Below are positions 11,003-22,721 of a DNA stretch of 64,000 nucleotides, one piece after another. The stretch covers positions 152,603 through 216,602 of the forward strand of contig NIVC01001980.1 in assembly GCA_002269645.1 (NCBI GenBank), written 5' to 3'. Both the position numbers and the translations under genes were made by a program. How positions within the stretch are numbered: the stretch's first letter is position 1; the number at the start of each line of letters is the position of its first letter. Below the pieces are notes generated by a model, which did no database searches, was not told the DNA's origin, and saw only the letters and a list, made by a program, of their open reading frames with translations. The stretch comes from Macrostomum lignano. Its lineage: Eukaryota.

Positions 11003-13682
11003 AAATTGCTTACTAAGTTGGCCTATAGTACACATATTTTATATCGAATATCGCTAATAACAGCCATTTCTACCATTTTTGCTGCTTTTTCATACATTTC
11101 TGCTCGTTGCATCGCAACACTTCTACCTAAAAATACGAGTCGCATGTCGTTACAGAGATAACATCAAGGCGCATTCATCCAATGCATTTTCAAATTATGT
11201 CAACAAATTTTTCGGCTGCTAGGCGCCAAAATATTAATTTTCACCTGTTCTGACAGGTAATCAAACAGGTATTAAGACCTGTTAACCTAAGAATCAGTTT
11301 TCAAAACTGATTTAGCTGCATAATGCATCCATAGTGCTGTTTTTAGACACCAAACTTGAGTCTCTAGGTCTCGCCAATGCAGAGTTATTAGCAAAAGTAT
11401 GCTCAAAATTTGCCCGAAAATGGCCTACTCAAAATTTGGAGCCAATTTTCTCAAAAATACGAATTTTCCAGCCATATTGGCGTATGACCGGTGAAACTTT
11501 AGCTATTCGACTAAACAATATTGAAAATGCAGAAAAATCGGTTCGCAAAATTTCTTATTTTTCCACTCCAAAGTTTGTACCCCCAAATGGGCCGTTTTTC
11601 ACTTAACAGGTAAAAAGTACCTGTTAACAGGGGTTTTTTCAGGAGTGTCTTATGTCATTCAAAAGGGCATCCGATGGGCTACAATTTGACACTACACTCG
11701 AAAAAATTCGCCCCATTTTAAAAAATTTTTCTTAACAACGTCTGATTTTCTGCAGAGCCCCGGCCTCTTTTTTCCCCGGTTTCCGGGTCACTGCTCCGCA
11801 CAGGTAGGTCCAAATGCTTAGAAAATTCAGGAAAACAAATTTTCATATGTTTGACACATTGTGTTAAAGTCTCAACACCGTAGCATAAAACACTTTCTTA
11901 TTTTTTGGGACTACTTTTAAAAAACGTGACCCAATTTTTCGAAAATGTCGTTTTTAGGCACTCTTTGGCACCTGGGCAGTTTATTGATGGCCCAATCGGC
12001 CAAATCTCGATGTTTCCGATTAAAAGACATCTATTTGAGTTATTTGGTATGCAAAACAGCAAAAATAAAGTTTTCCATCTCGACACCATAGGCCTCACAA
12101 AAGTGCACTAAAAATTTGTACTTTTAAACAGCAGATAGGCAGCCATGTGAAAAGTACATTTTAGCCCTAAAAACTATAGCGCATCAAACAGCCCCAGGTG
12201 TTATTGACGCTATGAGGCAGCTCAAAGGCCGCGCTATCGCGCGTCCTTTTCGCTGCGGTAAGGCAAAGTTGAAAAAAATGCCAAATTTTCGACCTCAAAA
12301 AACACGTTTTTTGTACTTTTAGCCTAGACGTTAAAGTACAATCAAAAAATCCATTTCGGATCATTGTAGCGTTTGAATGCCCGCGCTTACTGAGCCCACT
12401 CGCTAAGCGCTGCCATAATTTCCTGCCGCTGTAATTAAGATCAAAGTTTTTGAAAAAGTTGAAAAAACGCAGTTTTTGGTTGCCATGGCAACCAAAACGC
12501 GTCGCTATGGCAACCAAACACTGCGGCTCTGGTAGCCCCAAGTCTTTGACGCATTTTGGCAAAAACCGTTTGTAAATTGGTCGTACCGTTTTTTATTGGC
12601 AGCGTTTAAAAGTTGAAAAATGTCATTTTAGTGTATGACATATGGCCCACATCTTATCAGGGACGATTTCGCAAAAGTAAGCAGTATAGAAAAAAATTCT
12701 CGCTTCGCTCGCCTTTTTTTCTATACTACTTACTGGCTCCATCGTCCCACAACTAGTGAAAATCACTCTTTCTATTGAGCATACTGCAGTTTTCCCACAG
12801 TTTGTGCCTTGAAATTCAAACTTTCAATATTCTTTAGATAGTTATTTAAAGTATTGACTACTAAAGAGTGACCTTTTAAAGTGCATTTTCAGCTGCCTGG
12901 GCTATACTAAGGTGCCTGGCAGATTCAATGGAAAGAATATACATAGAAAATGGATATTCTTTTCTATTCTTTTCCGCCTGGCCATCTTCAACATGAGAGA
13001 CGCAGCAATTCCCTAGCAACTCATGGATTGCCTGCAACCAGCCGCAGTCTCAGAATCAATCAATAATTAATAGGTGAAGTGGCCAAAATATTTTTCATTA
13101 AAGTAAGAAATGAAAAGAATAACAAGACAATTTGATTTTTTTCTCACTAAAGTTTGATGAATCAGCTGAGCAATTCAGCTTGGTGCAACTCCTTATTTTG
13201 ATGAGCTGGTTGCTTTGGAACAAAATTTTAAACCTGGATTTAGAAAATATTTAGTTTGGCTTTTTTAACTGCAGAATAGCATACTACTTAGTGCAGCTGC
13301 TGAGCAGTAGAGTAGGCTAATATTAATATAATATCTATTAAAAAGACACTTGGAATTCAGCAGCGCGTGTTGGCACCAAATAATCAGTCAGTGATAGTGA
13401 TAGGAGAGTCAGAGTGACAGGGAAGTCAGTGATAGGAGAGTCAGGGTGACAGGGGAGTCAGTTAAAGTGACAAGGGAGTCAGTTAGGGTGACTGGGGAAT
13501 TGGGTAGGGTGACTACAAGGATGAAGAAAGTTGGTAACAAGATTATTTTACCTTGTAACATAATGATTCACTGAAATAAAAGTGAGCATATATTTTTGTG
13601 TAGACAATTGTTTAAAGTTGGTACATGGACCCGTGAATTAAAAAGGCAACTTTTAACACAAGAAAAACTTTGCAAATGTGAC

Positions 13683-14935
13683 TTAAACTGCGGGAAAGGA
13701 ACGAGGCAAGACAAGGGATGGCGCGAAATGGAACCTCTGCTGGTCAAAAAAAAGGCAGCCAATGAATTATTTATTTCTTGCAAAAGATTTCATAGCCAAA
13801 TGAGAAAAAAAAGCTAAAAAAAATCTGAGCAAACACGAACGCACGGCAAACAAGCAGAGGACCGGACTAATTATGAAATCAAGCTAGCACCCCCGCGACC
13901 CCCCGCCCCCGCAGCACATGCCACCCCGCACACACCCGCCCCAGCCAAGTGAGCCCCTCCCCCCGCAGTTTAAATGCCCTTACCACCAACACAATGGCAA
14001 GGGTAACATTAAACCGTGGGGAAAGGAACGAGGCAAGACAAGGGAGGTGCAAAACGGAACCTCCAAACCCAAACTGGAGAACGGATAGAAACGGAGACAG
14101 GAGTAAAAGAAAAGACACCGGGAAACTAAAAGAGCGGAGAAGCTAATGCCAGCACAGACACAGTTAGACAGCTAAACAGTTAGAACATAGCCTGCACTGC
14201 AGCCCCAATGCGACGAACAGCACGGCTGGCCACCTGCGGCTGCTGGCCTGCATAGAGATGCACTGCATCACTCTTCCAGTCGCCAATGGCTTTGATATCC
14301 TCGATCGCAATGCCTGAATGCCTGGCAAAGGTGGCGCCGCCTTGGCACAGGCTGTGCATTGAAAAGTGGTTTCTCGGAAGGCCAGCCTGGTGAAAAAGCT
14401 GGGACAACTCGCGCCGGACATGCGCTGCAGTTAAGCTCATCCAGCTTCCTGCTGACTGCAGGGTCAAGAACAGAGGCTGCGAAGGAGGTGCAATGTCTAG
14501 TGAATTCCGGCTGAAATGATGATGGAGCGCACAAAGCGGACACAGCGGAGCAGTTGCACTCTTGCAGATGCAGGGCAGAAGAACGACATGGTGGTGCTCT
14601 CCGAATTGATTCGTCTTGGACAGGCGAACAGAAATCCGAGCCTCCTTGATGCCCAGGCAAAGATTGCTGATCAGCACCGCCATGCCGACGTTTGCCCGGC
14701 TGACAGAGCAGAGATTGGCCGCCCGCAGCATGGCCCACCAGCCAAAAAAATCTGAGCAAACACGAACGCACAGCAAACAAGCGGAGGACCGGACTAAATA
14801 TGAAATCAAGCTAGCACCCCCACAACCCCCGCCCCCCGCAGCACACGCCACCCCGCACGCACCCGCCCCAGCCAAGTGAGCCCCTCCCCCCGCAGTTTAA
14901 ACGCCCTTACCACCAACACGGTGGCAAGGGTAACA
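13683..14935 (-). mobile_element. Internally deleted Ngaro-type (DIRS order) tyrosine-recombinase retroelement with split direct repeats
   Basis: A1 14744-14935 matches A2 13816-14008; B1 14009-14063 matches B2 13683-13738; minus-strand order is A1-YR-B1-A2-B2. Confidence 0.85.
14180..14745 (-). pseudogene. Tyrosine recombinase catalytic domain (5'-truncated, HxxR arginine lost)
   Basis: Motifs AMLRAANL, LSKTNQFG, CPLCAL, HSLCQGGAT (expected HSLRRGGAT), GDWKSDAVHLY. Confidence 0.88.
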
Positions 14936-15361
14936 GAATGAGTCTAGGCGTAAGCAGAGCTAAAATACAGTTTAGAAATTCTGATTGACTTGAAAAATCA
15001 TAGTATCAGGTGCTAAGCAGCCCGAAGTCACAACACAACAAACACAACCGCAATAATCTATACAAAAAATGAAGAAAAAACTCATGGTTACGTTATATTT
15101 TTCAGAAAGATTTTGCAATCAAATTTACCATCTTAAGATCTATACCTTTGATAATTCCTATGCTATCAATTATGCTATTTGGTTGAGATTTATCTACCTT
15201 CAGCAGCACAGATGAGCTCCCCTTCATAGTCGCTTATCTGTTCCAACCACGGCTGATGGTGTCACAATCCTTTGCCTTGTGGTATTCTTTGTCAAGACCC
15301 AAAATGTCATGATATTGGATTCTCAGAAATATCAGTCGACGCAAAAAGCCCACATCCCCAG

Positions 15362-15603
15362 GGGTGACTCTGGGGAATGGTTAAAGGTGACTCTGGGGAA
15401 TGGTTAAGGGTGACTCTGGGGAATGGTTAAGGGTGACTCTGGGGAATGGTTAAAGGTGACTCTGGAGAATGGTTAAGGGTGACTCTGGGGAATGGTTAAG
15501 GGTGACTCTGGAGAAGGTTTAGGATGACTCTGGGGAATGGTTAAGGGTGAATCTAGGGAATGGTTAAGGGGGACTCTGGGGAATGGTTAAGGGTGACTCT
15601 GGG
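15362..15603. repeat. 23-bp minisatellite (GGTGACTCTGGGGAATGGTTAAG)n
   Basis: About 10 tandem copies. Confidence 0.93.
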
Positions 15604-16109
15604 AACTATTAATAGCTTTATTTTAGGCCTTATATAGTTGCATGCAACTGTGTAATCATAAATTAAAGGTCATGCTTCAATATTTTAAATTTTAAATAAG
15701 ACTTAAAATAAAGCTATAAGTTGGGCAGTCTGCTAAGGGTGTAAGGGCAATTCTAGGACAGATCTCAGGGATTCTAGAGTGATTTCAAAAGTGTTTAACC
15801 TGCTTCAAAGATAACTCTGACAGAATTAACAAGGAAATGTTTGACAAAAAGCTACATAATTATGATTACTAACAGTCTAAGTCAGTCAGAAGCACAGTGG
15901 AATATTGACACAAAAACAAGATAAAATAGCTAAAATAAGAAACTACTAAACTGCTATTTAATTAATAGCAGTATACTTTCTCCTTTCCCCCTCTCTTGTC
16001 CCTTCTCATCTCTTCTCCCCCTTCCCTTCTCTTGTCCCTTCTATCTCTTTTCTCTTCTCCTCAATCCCTTCTTTTCTTTCTTCTTAAAAAGTCAATTTAA
16101 AAAGTCAAC

Positions 16110-17015
16110 TTTATTCACTTTGTAGCCTTTGTAGCATGCTCTCATTCATAAACATGGCGTTTTCATTCTCCTGCAGTTCTCCAAGTAGCAATATTGGCTG
16201 ACTTTGGATTAAACCAGTTGCCTGCATCACTTGAGGAAGTTCGTTACCCGTACTTGGCAAACCAAACGTCACTCAATGCTGACTAATAGGGAGCAGTAAT
16301 GATTTGTCATCCTCAGACACATCAGATGTGTTGGGCTGATAAGAGGTGTCTGCTAATAGCTCGTTTGCTATAACAGACGATGAAGGCCTTGAATTCTAGT
16401 AATAATTAACAAACTTTAATTCCCCAGCATCTTTTAAAGTATTCAAGGTAGTGACACACTCGAATTTACTTAAATGATGAGGACACTGAATGTTAGGAAT
16501 GAACATTCCAATGGCTAGCTGTGTTTTATTTTTTGTGTCACACTCTAGTCTCTTCCAAGGAATTTTACCTTGATGACCAGCATTTTCAAAAGCTTTTTCC
16601 TGCAGAAAGAGCCTCAATGATTTTACATCTTTACCCAATGAAGCACATTGAGCACTGGTAGCATACACAATACTGGAAGGACCTGCAGCACTTGTAGCAA
16701 CTGCGGCACTGACAGCACTTGAAACAGCAAGTTCTGCCTAATACTGTTTAGCTCCCTTGTCAATCACTTGCGCTAGTGCATCAATTGCAGCCAAGAGCTC
16801 AGTTTGAATGGAAGATGAAATACCAGGTGGGATAAAGTATTTCCTGCTAGAACTTCCATTTGAAGCAATGACCAAGCAATAAGGCAGTGCTGTAGTGTTC
16901 AGTTCTTTTATGATTGTATTCAGCAGCTTAGGGCAAGATGCAGCTGCAACCCTCAGCAAGTTCTTTTGCTCAGATGTCAAGGCCTTGTACTGAACTAGCA
17001 GATCTGGTGTCTAGT
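16110..17015 (-). pseudogene. Decayed ORF of unknown, probably transposon-accessory, protein (~300 codons, 3 in-frame stops)
   Basis: ORFs 16738-16980 and 16396-16668 share a frame separated by one TAG; the frame continues past two more stops; protein-like text TPDLLVQYKALTSEQKNLLRVAAASCPKLLNTIIKELN...GHQGKIPWKRLE. Confidence 0.5.
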
Positions 17016-18054
17016 CTAAAAGGGAAATTTGATAATGAAAAGAAAAATCTTAATTACTACATTTTATTGAGGGTACATCCACAAAACTTCCTTGATATTT
17101 CCATATACTCATTAGTAAAACTAATAATTTTCAGAGTTAATATTTATTGAAGTTTTCTTTAATCTTTTTGACAAAGGAAAGCACCCTGGTACAATTTTAG
17201 TATCAGAATGTGGGACTTTCATAGAGAGCCAAAAGACTTGTTACAAATATATTCTTTGTTTTTAAAAATTGCTATGTTAATTTGTAATACATAAAATCAA
17301 TTTTTATTAGAGAGATTAATAATTGGCCCTATTCCAACAATGGGCTCTGTTCTATTTGCCTGAGCTATTTACTATCATCCAACCTTTTAATTACTCAATC
17401 CTATAGCTATAACTAAACCATTATTATTTTGCTATTGATCTAGCTATCAAACCAATAACAACTAGAAATAAACACTTTGTTTCAAACTTTTTAAAATAAG
17501 AAGTAAAACAAATTGAAGATAAACAATAGACTTTTCATATAAAATTTTAGATAAACTTTTGGAATCAAATCTATATATATAAGCCTTTGAAGCACCTATT
17601 TAAAAATTCATATATTGAAGACTGGAATCCATTTTTATTTAGTTTTAAACTACCTACTAACAAAGTTACAAACCATTTCAAACCAAACATAGTCATAGAT
17701 CAACTAACTCACGTGGTGAACCATTCTGTTGCAGAAATTCTTGGGCCGCTATGTAAACCATTCTTGGCTTTCTTTAAGTCTAAATTTTTATGGAGCTCAA
17801 AACTCGACAGCTTTGTATAACCATATAAGCTTCAACAATCTCTGATATAACCTGACTATCTCTGTCTGATTATATATCTGATTATAACCATTATAAGCTT
17901 TGTATAACCACCGTGGGCTCACTGATGAGTTTTCCAAAATATGCATTGAAATTGTTTTTAAGAATAAAATGCTTTGTAATAAACTAAAACCTCGCATAAC
18001 TATAATAGTACTAATAATAAAAGTGCATTTTTGCAAATAATTAGTTTTGCAAAA

Positions 18055-18515
18055 TTCCCTTTGTTATTGTTTCTCATTTCCAGCAGTGCAAGTTCAAATT
18101 ATGATATACGGTAAGATGCATAGGAGATCAGCAGTGTCAAGTTGTAGTTTGCACTTCTTTACGAGCCATTCTGTACCCCAAAATGATGGACTTAGCACAT
18201 GAAATTTTACTCAATAATAGATAAAGAAATTCTGCACCAGCTGTACTTTACAAAATATTGAGTAGTTGCTAAGATATTGATGCTTCAATTTTGGTGAATT
18301 TACAGTGCTCTTCAAACTAGTGTAAATAACTTTTTAGTCCAGTCCACGGGGCCGCTTGACTAGTCAAGGTCAATCCACTCCATGGCTCAGCATGAATGCA
18401 TTTTTTAGTCAGGTCCATGGGGCTGCTTGACTAGTCCAGCTCAATCCACTCCACAGCTGTGTGGATCCACGTGACTAGTCAGGTAATTATTCTATAGTGG
18501 ACTATCTGACTAGTC
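18055..18515 (-). repeat. Right, inverted copy of the 6204-6580 repeat
   Basis: Ends GACTAGTC at 18508-18515; reverse-complement similarity with an internal insertion near 18150-18245. Confidence 0.85.
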
Positions 18516-19055
18516 GGGTGCAATGGGCTGCGCTTGCAGTCAGCCACTGCTCTCTCCCTTTGCTCCGGGGTTTTCGCTCCGCTTCTTGCAGGCCCCTTAG
18601 CCATTGTATTCAATTGCTTTTGTCACACTAAATATAAGCAGCTACCAATACCAATCCAAACCTAACCATCAATTCATACCAAATCTGAAATCTGAAATTT
18701 ACGCTAAGGGAAGTCTGCTGTTGGCTCTAGATTATTAAATTTAACCGCTACATAAACCATACATCTTCTCACCTTTATTCATCACATTCGGTTAATTTCG
18801 AGTTATCGTGCATCACGACGGCTTTGCTGCAATTAAAATGAATTTATCTATTGTACGGAGTGTATATTGTTACTGCATTTATTTTGATGTAAAAGTTTTG
18901 CACTGTAAAAACAAAGAAATCAAAGATGGGCAACAGGAGGGTATAAAAGTGAATGTGGCAGTTTTTACTTACTGCTTTCTAGTATTGTATTATATTTTTT
19001 TTAATTGAATGTATTTTTTCCACAAAACTGTATTGGATAAAAGGTTGGGAATAAA

Positions 19056-19373
19056 GAGGCTTTTCATATTCCCGATTCTGTTTTTAGAACTGGTTCGATA
19101 CTTTTCATTTTGCCGATTCTGTTTTCAGAATCAGTTCCAGAACCTTATTCCTTACATATTTCTATAGAAACAATGAAAATTATTTAAAGTCAATTTAAAT
19201 TCAAATATAACTTCAAAGGTAAAAAATAAATAACTTAGAAAAATAAACTATTAAAAATGTTAAGTAATTTTTCACATAAAATAAAATTTACTCAATGCTT
19301 TTCATTTTCCTAGCGAATCTGGTTCTGGAATTAGAATTTACTCCGATTCTGGAGTAGACTTTGTGAAAAGGCT
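19056..19373. mobile_element. Degenerate MITE related to the GGCCTTTTCATATT family
   Basis: GGCTTTTCATATTC...GTGAAAAGGC ends and CGATTCTGGTTCTGGAATT motifs shared with 22173-22433. Confidence 0.45.
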
Positions 19374-19587
19374 AAAAGAGTCTGCAAAAATTAGATCAGT
19401 GTAGAAATAAGTTTGAAGAACTACAAAGGAGAAACGTTAATGTTAATAAACAATAATATAAGTTTTTTCTTTTCTTTCCAAGTGCAAAATGATTGATTTT
19501 AATGATGCTACTTAAGGCCAAGGATATTATATTAATTATATTAATATTATATTATATTAATCAGGGTGTCCAGAACCTGGAAAAAAC

Positions 19588-20545
19588 CACAGAACTTACA
19601 CAGAATGCTCAATTAGCGATTTAATGAAATTAAACTGCGTAGAAATAGATATGCGTACAAACTACTAATCCGGTGAAGAAAAATAAGTAGCCATAGATTA
19701 TTTCTCAAGTGTGTAGCACAAGACCGCCTGATTTATTAAGTCAGTAACCAGAAACCATGCAGCAATTGAAATGTAAAACGTGAAACGTAAAAACCAGTTA
19801 AACTGGAGCACAAAAAGTTTTGAAGTGATATACTGGCAGTCATTCCGCAAATTTTTGTTTTCTTTTGAGTTTGAGTCTAGGATAGATGTAACTCTTCTAA
19901 GACACAGGCTCTTGGCTTTGGAGGCGAGCGGGTCTTCTGCTCCTGAGCCGTGTCTTTATACAGCTTCAGTGTTGGATGCGCATTCCAGACAAGTCGACTG
20001 TGCGGCTCATGACGGTCTTTCAGGCACATATACATGTGATCAGCAAAGTGCTGACTGCACACCACTGCAATCGCCCATTTGTGCTCATACTTCTTCCCCA
20101 GAAGGTCAGCACGGAAGATGCAACGAGCCCAGTCTTCACACCTAAAGCGTAAAATTCAACATAAATCGTACACAAGTTTTCATGCAAATAATATTAGTCA
20201 CGATTCGACTAAGCTTACCGGGCATGGTTTGAAGGAAAGCTGTGAAACCTGGTTTCTGGTGGACAACGATAGGAATAATTTGGACAGCCATAGGCAGCAC
20301 ACTGTTTTCGCGATTTTGCAGAAGACATACTTCACTGCAGCAAAACCAAACATCCAAATTCTTTGTGAAAAGACAATGCTGCTGCAAGTAATTCTATTAA
20401 ATGAATATATCTTGTGCTACACACTTGAGTAATAGTCTATGGCTACTTATGTTTTTTCACCAGATTAGTAGTTTGTATGCATATCTATTTCTACGCAGTT
20501 TAATTTCATTAAATCGCTGATTGAGCATTCTGTGTAAGTTCTATG
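19588..20545. mobile_element. 958-bp TIR element (P-element-like termini) carrying a THAP gene
   Basis: About 135-bp TIRs starting CACAGAACTTACACAGAATG / ending CATTCTGTGTAAGTTCTATG; flanked by GGAAAAAAC twice (9 bp, or 7-bp GAAAAAA if the TIR is 1 nt longer). Confidence 0.88.
19877..20328 (-). CDS. THAP zinc-finger mini-protein, 124 aa, 2 exons (20219-20328, 19877-20141)
   Basis: A GT-AG 77-nt intron joins in frame: MSSAKSRKQCAAYGCPNYSYRCPPETRFHSFPSNHAR/CEDWARCIFRADLLGKKYEHKWAIAVVCSQHFADH...RLVWNAHPTLKL; C2CH signature with conserved P, W, F. Confidence 0.85.
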
Positions 20546-21780
20546 GGAAAAAACTGTAAATGCAAAAAACCTGGAAACGCCCCCAAAATAGAAGAAAAAA
20601 CATGGAAATAGACCAATGTGGGAAGGGAAACCTGGAATTGGTTTTTGCAACGTACACAGGTAAGGAGGGTAAGATTGAAAACAATTGATTACAACTTGGC
20701 TTTAACAACATACATAGGTATAGTAGGTAGGAGAGAGAATTATAGATTGAGAATGAAAGTTAAACCAAATGTACACAATTCTTGTCCAGTGGTCAAAAGG
20801 CAGAATCAGGGGCGGTAGCTAGCTTAGGTAATTGAATGTCAAGCTAAGTGTACACAGCGTGCTAATAAAATCGTTCTAATCGTTCTAATAAAATCCTGAC
20901 GATGCACCATGGCGTGCGAAACGCGTTGAAGTTGTTAGAAATTGTAATCATATTCAAATGTTGATATTAAGCTTTCTATTTATAGCAAAAGTCTTTTATT
21001 TTATACTTTTAATTTTGTTCTTCAGTTAGTATAATACAAGAAATAAATAATCTAAATAATCTATGAAATATATAGTATATAGTTCGTAGTAGGAAACACT
21101 AAATCAAGAAACATTGCTGCATACATACCTGGAGCTTTACTTATTTGAACTTGGAAAAAACCTGGAAATTGATATTGAATTTCGCGTGGACACCCTGATA
21201 ATAGATCCTAGCATTATTGAAAAGGTAGTACAAATTTGATTCTTTTGTCCTCATTTTGTTCGAAACTGCAAGTAGCATCTTACCTAATTCCTTGCCTATT
21301 TCTTAGGAGTGTGCCTTAGTTTAACATTTTGAAAGGATTTTACTAGATCCACCAGTTTCTATTTATCAATCAGTTCCAATGCAATGGCAATCGTTTACTT
21401 TTTAGTTTTATCAAGTCTACTAAAGTTTACTTTTTATTCAGAGAATAGAGAGATTTATTCAATAGGAATTCTTTATAAAAATTTGCCATAAAGTCTGTGT
21501 TCATAACAAGTTTCTATTTATTTTTAGTGTTAGGTTCAAAATTTGGATATTGACTATTGTTATTGTTATATTTGTCATCCAAATATTGAAAATATCTTAT
21601 GATATTTCTGTAAAAATATTTATTATTACTACAATTATATCTATGTTATTTTAGATTTGTTCTGAATAATTTGTTATATCATGACATAGAAAGTTTTCTT
21701 GATTGTTTTTGAAAAAGTGATGCATAAGACAAAGATATTTAAATTTCAGATATCAATAGTTAAGCATAGCTGCTTATAAG

Positions 21781-22721
21781 TAGGGATTCCAATCCCGGGA
21801 TCCCGGGATCCCGGGATCCTGGGATTGGGGCCAAAAATCCGGGATTTGAATCCCGGGATTTTTTTGGGAATCGAATCCCGGGATTTTTAATCCCGGGATT
21901 GCAAAAGACCAGGATCGGGATCCCGGGATTTCAAGGCCTTAATCCCGGGATTGGTCCGGGATTAGAACGACCTTTCAATGCCTAAATTAGATAATTTAAA
22001 GTCTAAACGTTTATTTGAATAATAAAACATTTATTTGTTTTTGCTGTTTCTCAATGAAACGTTAAACATTTGCAAAGCTCCTGTCCTAATTGAGCTAAAA
22101 ATTGTTAATGTGAACTGTAAATTATAGATAATTTTAACTTTTTTTTCGTTTTCTACCACGAGACGAGACTGAGGGCCTTTTCATATTGCTTGCTCTGGTT
22201 CCAGAACAAGAACCAATTTGTGAAGTATAAACTTTTTGTCTCCATAACTAGAGGGAGATATGTGCTATAAAGTTTTTATTATTGAATGACAGTCGCCAAG
22301 AAGAAAGTGAAAAATTGTGCTAAGTGAGGCTGTTAAGGCAGTCAAATATTAACAGAGTTTAATAGTTATACTGCTGTTTTTCTTCGAATTCCGAACCGAT
22401 TCTGGTTCTGGAATTGGTAATATGAAAAGGCCCTGAGACTCTGAGAGTCGCGAGACCATGACTACTGCACGCGGCACGCCGCACAGTCCGTCTAGCAATT
22501 TAGGGATTCCAATCCCGGGATCCCGGGATCCCGGGATTGGGGCCAAAAATCCGGGATTTGAATCCCGGGATTTTTTTGGGAATCGAATCCCGGGATTTTT
22601 AATCCCGGGATTGCAAAAGCACCGGGATTCCGGGATTTTGAATCCCGGGATTTCAACAGCATCGGGATTTCGGGACTATTCAATCCCGGGATTGTAAAAT
22701 GTCGGGATTTTGGAATCCCTA
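21781..22721. mobile_element. Non-autonomous hAT element, 941 bp
   Basis: TIR TAGGGATTCCAA...TTGGAATCCCTA; 8-bp TSD CTTATAAG; dense ATCCCGGGAT palindromes; left end duplicated at about 22501-22618. Confidence 0.9.
22173..22433. mobile_element. PIF/Harbinger-type MITE nested in the hAT element
   Basis: TIR GGGCCTTTTCATATT / AATATGAAAAGGCCC; 3-bp TSD TGA. Confidence 0.82.

Larger units (their letters stand above)
9758..12757 (-). mobile_element. Helentron-type non-autonomous rolling-circle element (HINE/DINE-1-like), about 3 kb
   Basis: 12-bp subTIRs GTGGGACAATGG (9791-9802) and CCATCGTCCCAC (12739-12750); short partner IR GGGACGAT (12660-12667); terminal hairpin GAAGACG-ctgt-CGTCTTC (9769-9786); ACTAGT at both ends; internal tandem array. 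Confidence 0.65.
19562..21197. mobile_element. hAT-like non-autonomous element hosting the THAP element
   Basis: TIR CAGGGTGTCCA...TGGACACCCTG and repeated ACCTGGAAA motifs; no clean TSD. Confidence 0.6.

Noticed and set aside
11255-12600. ORFs of 66-131 aa and ACCTGTTAACAGG palindromes
   Set aside because: Looks like non-coding transposon interior; no domain, and ends could not be delimited.
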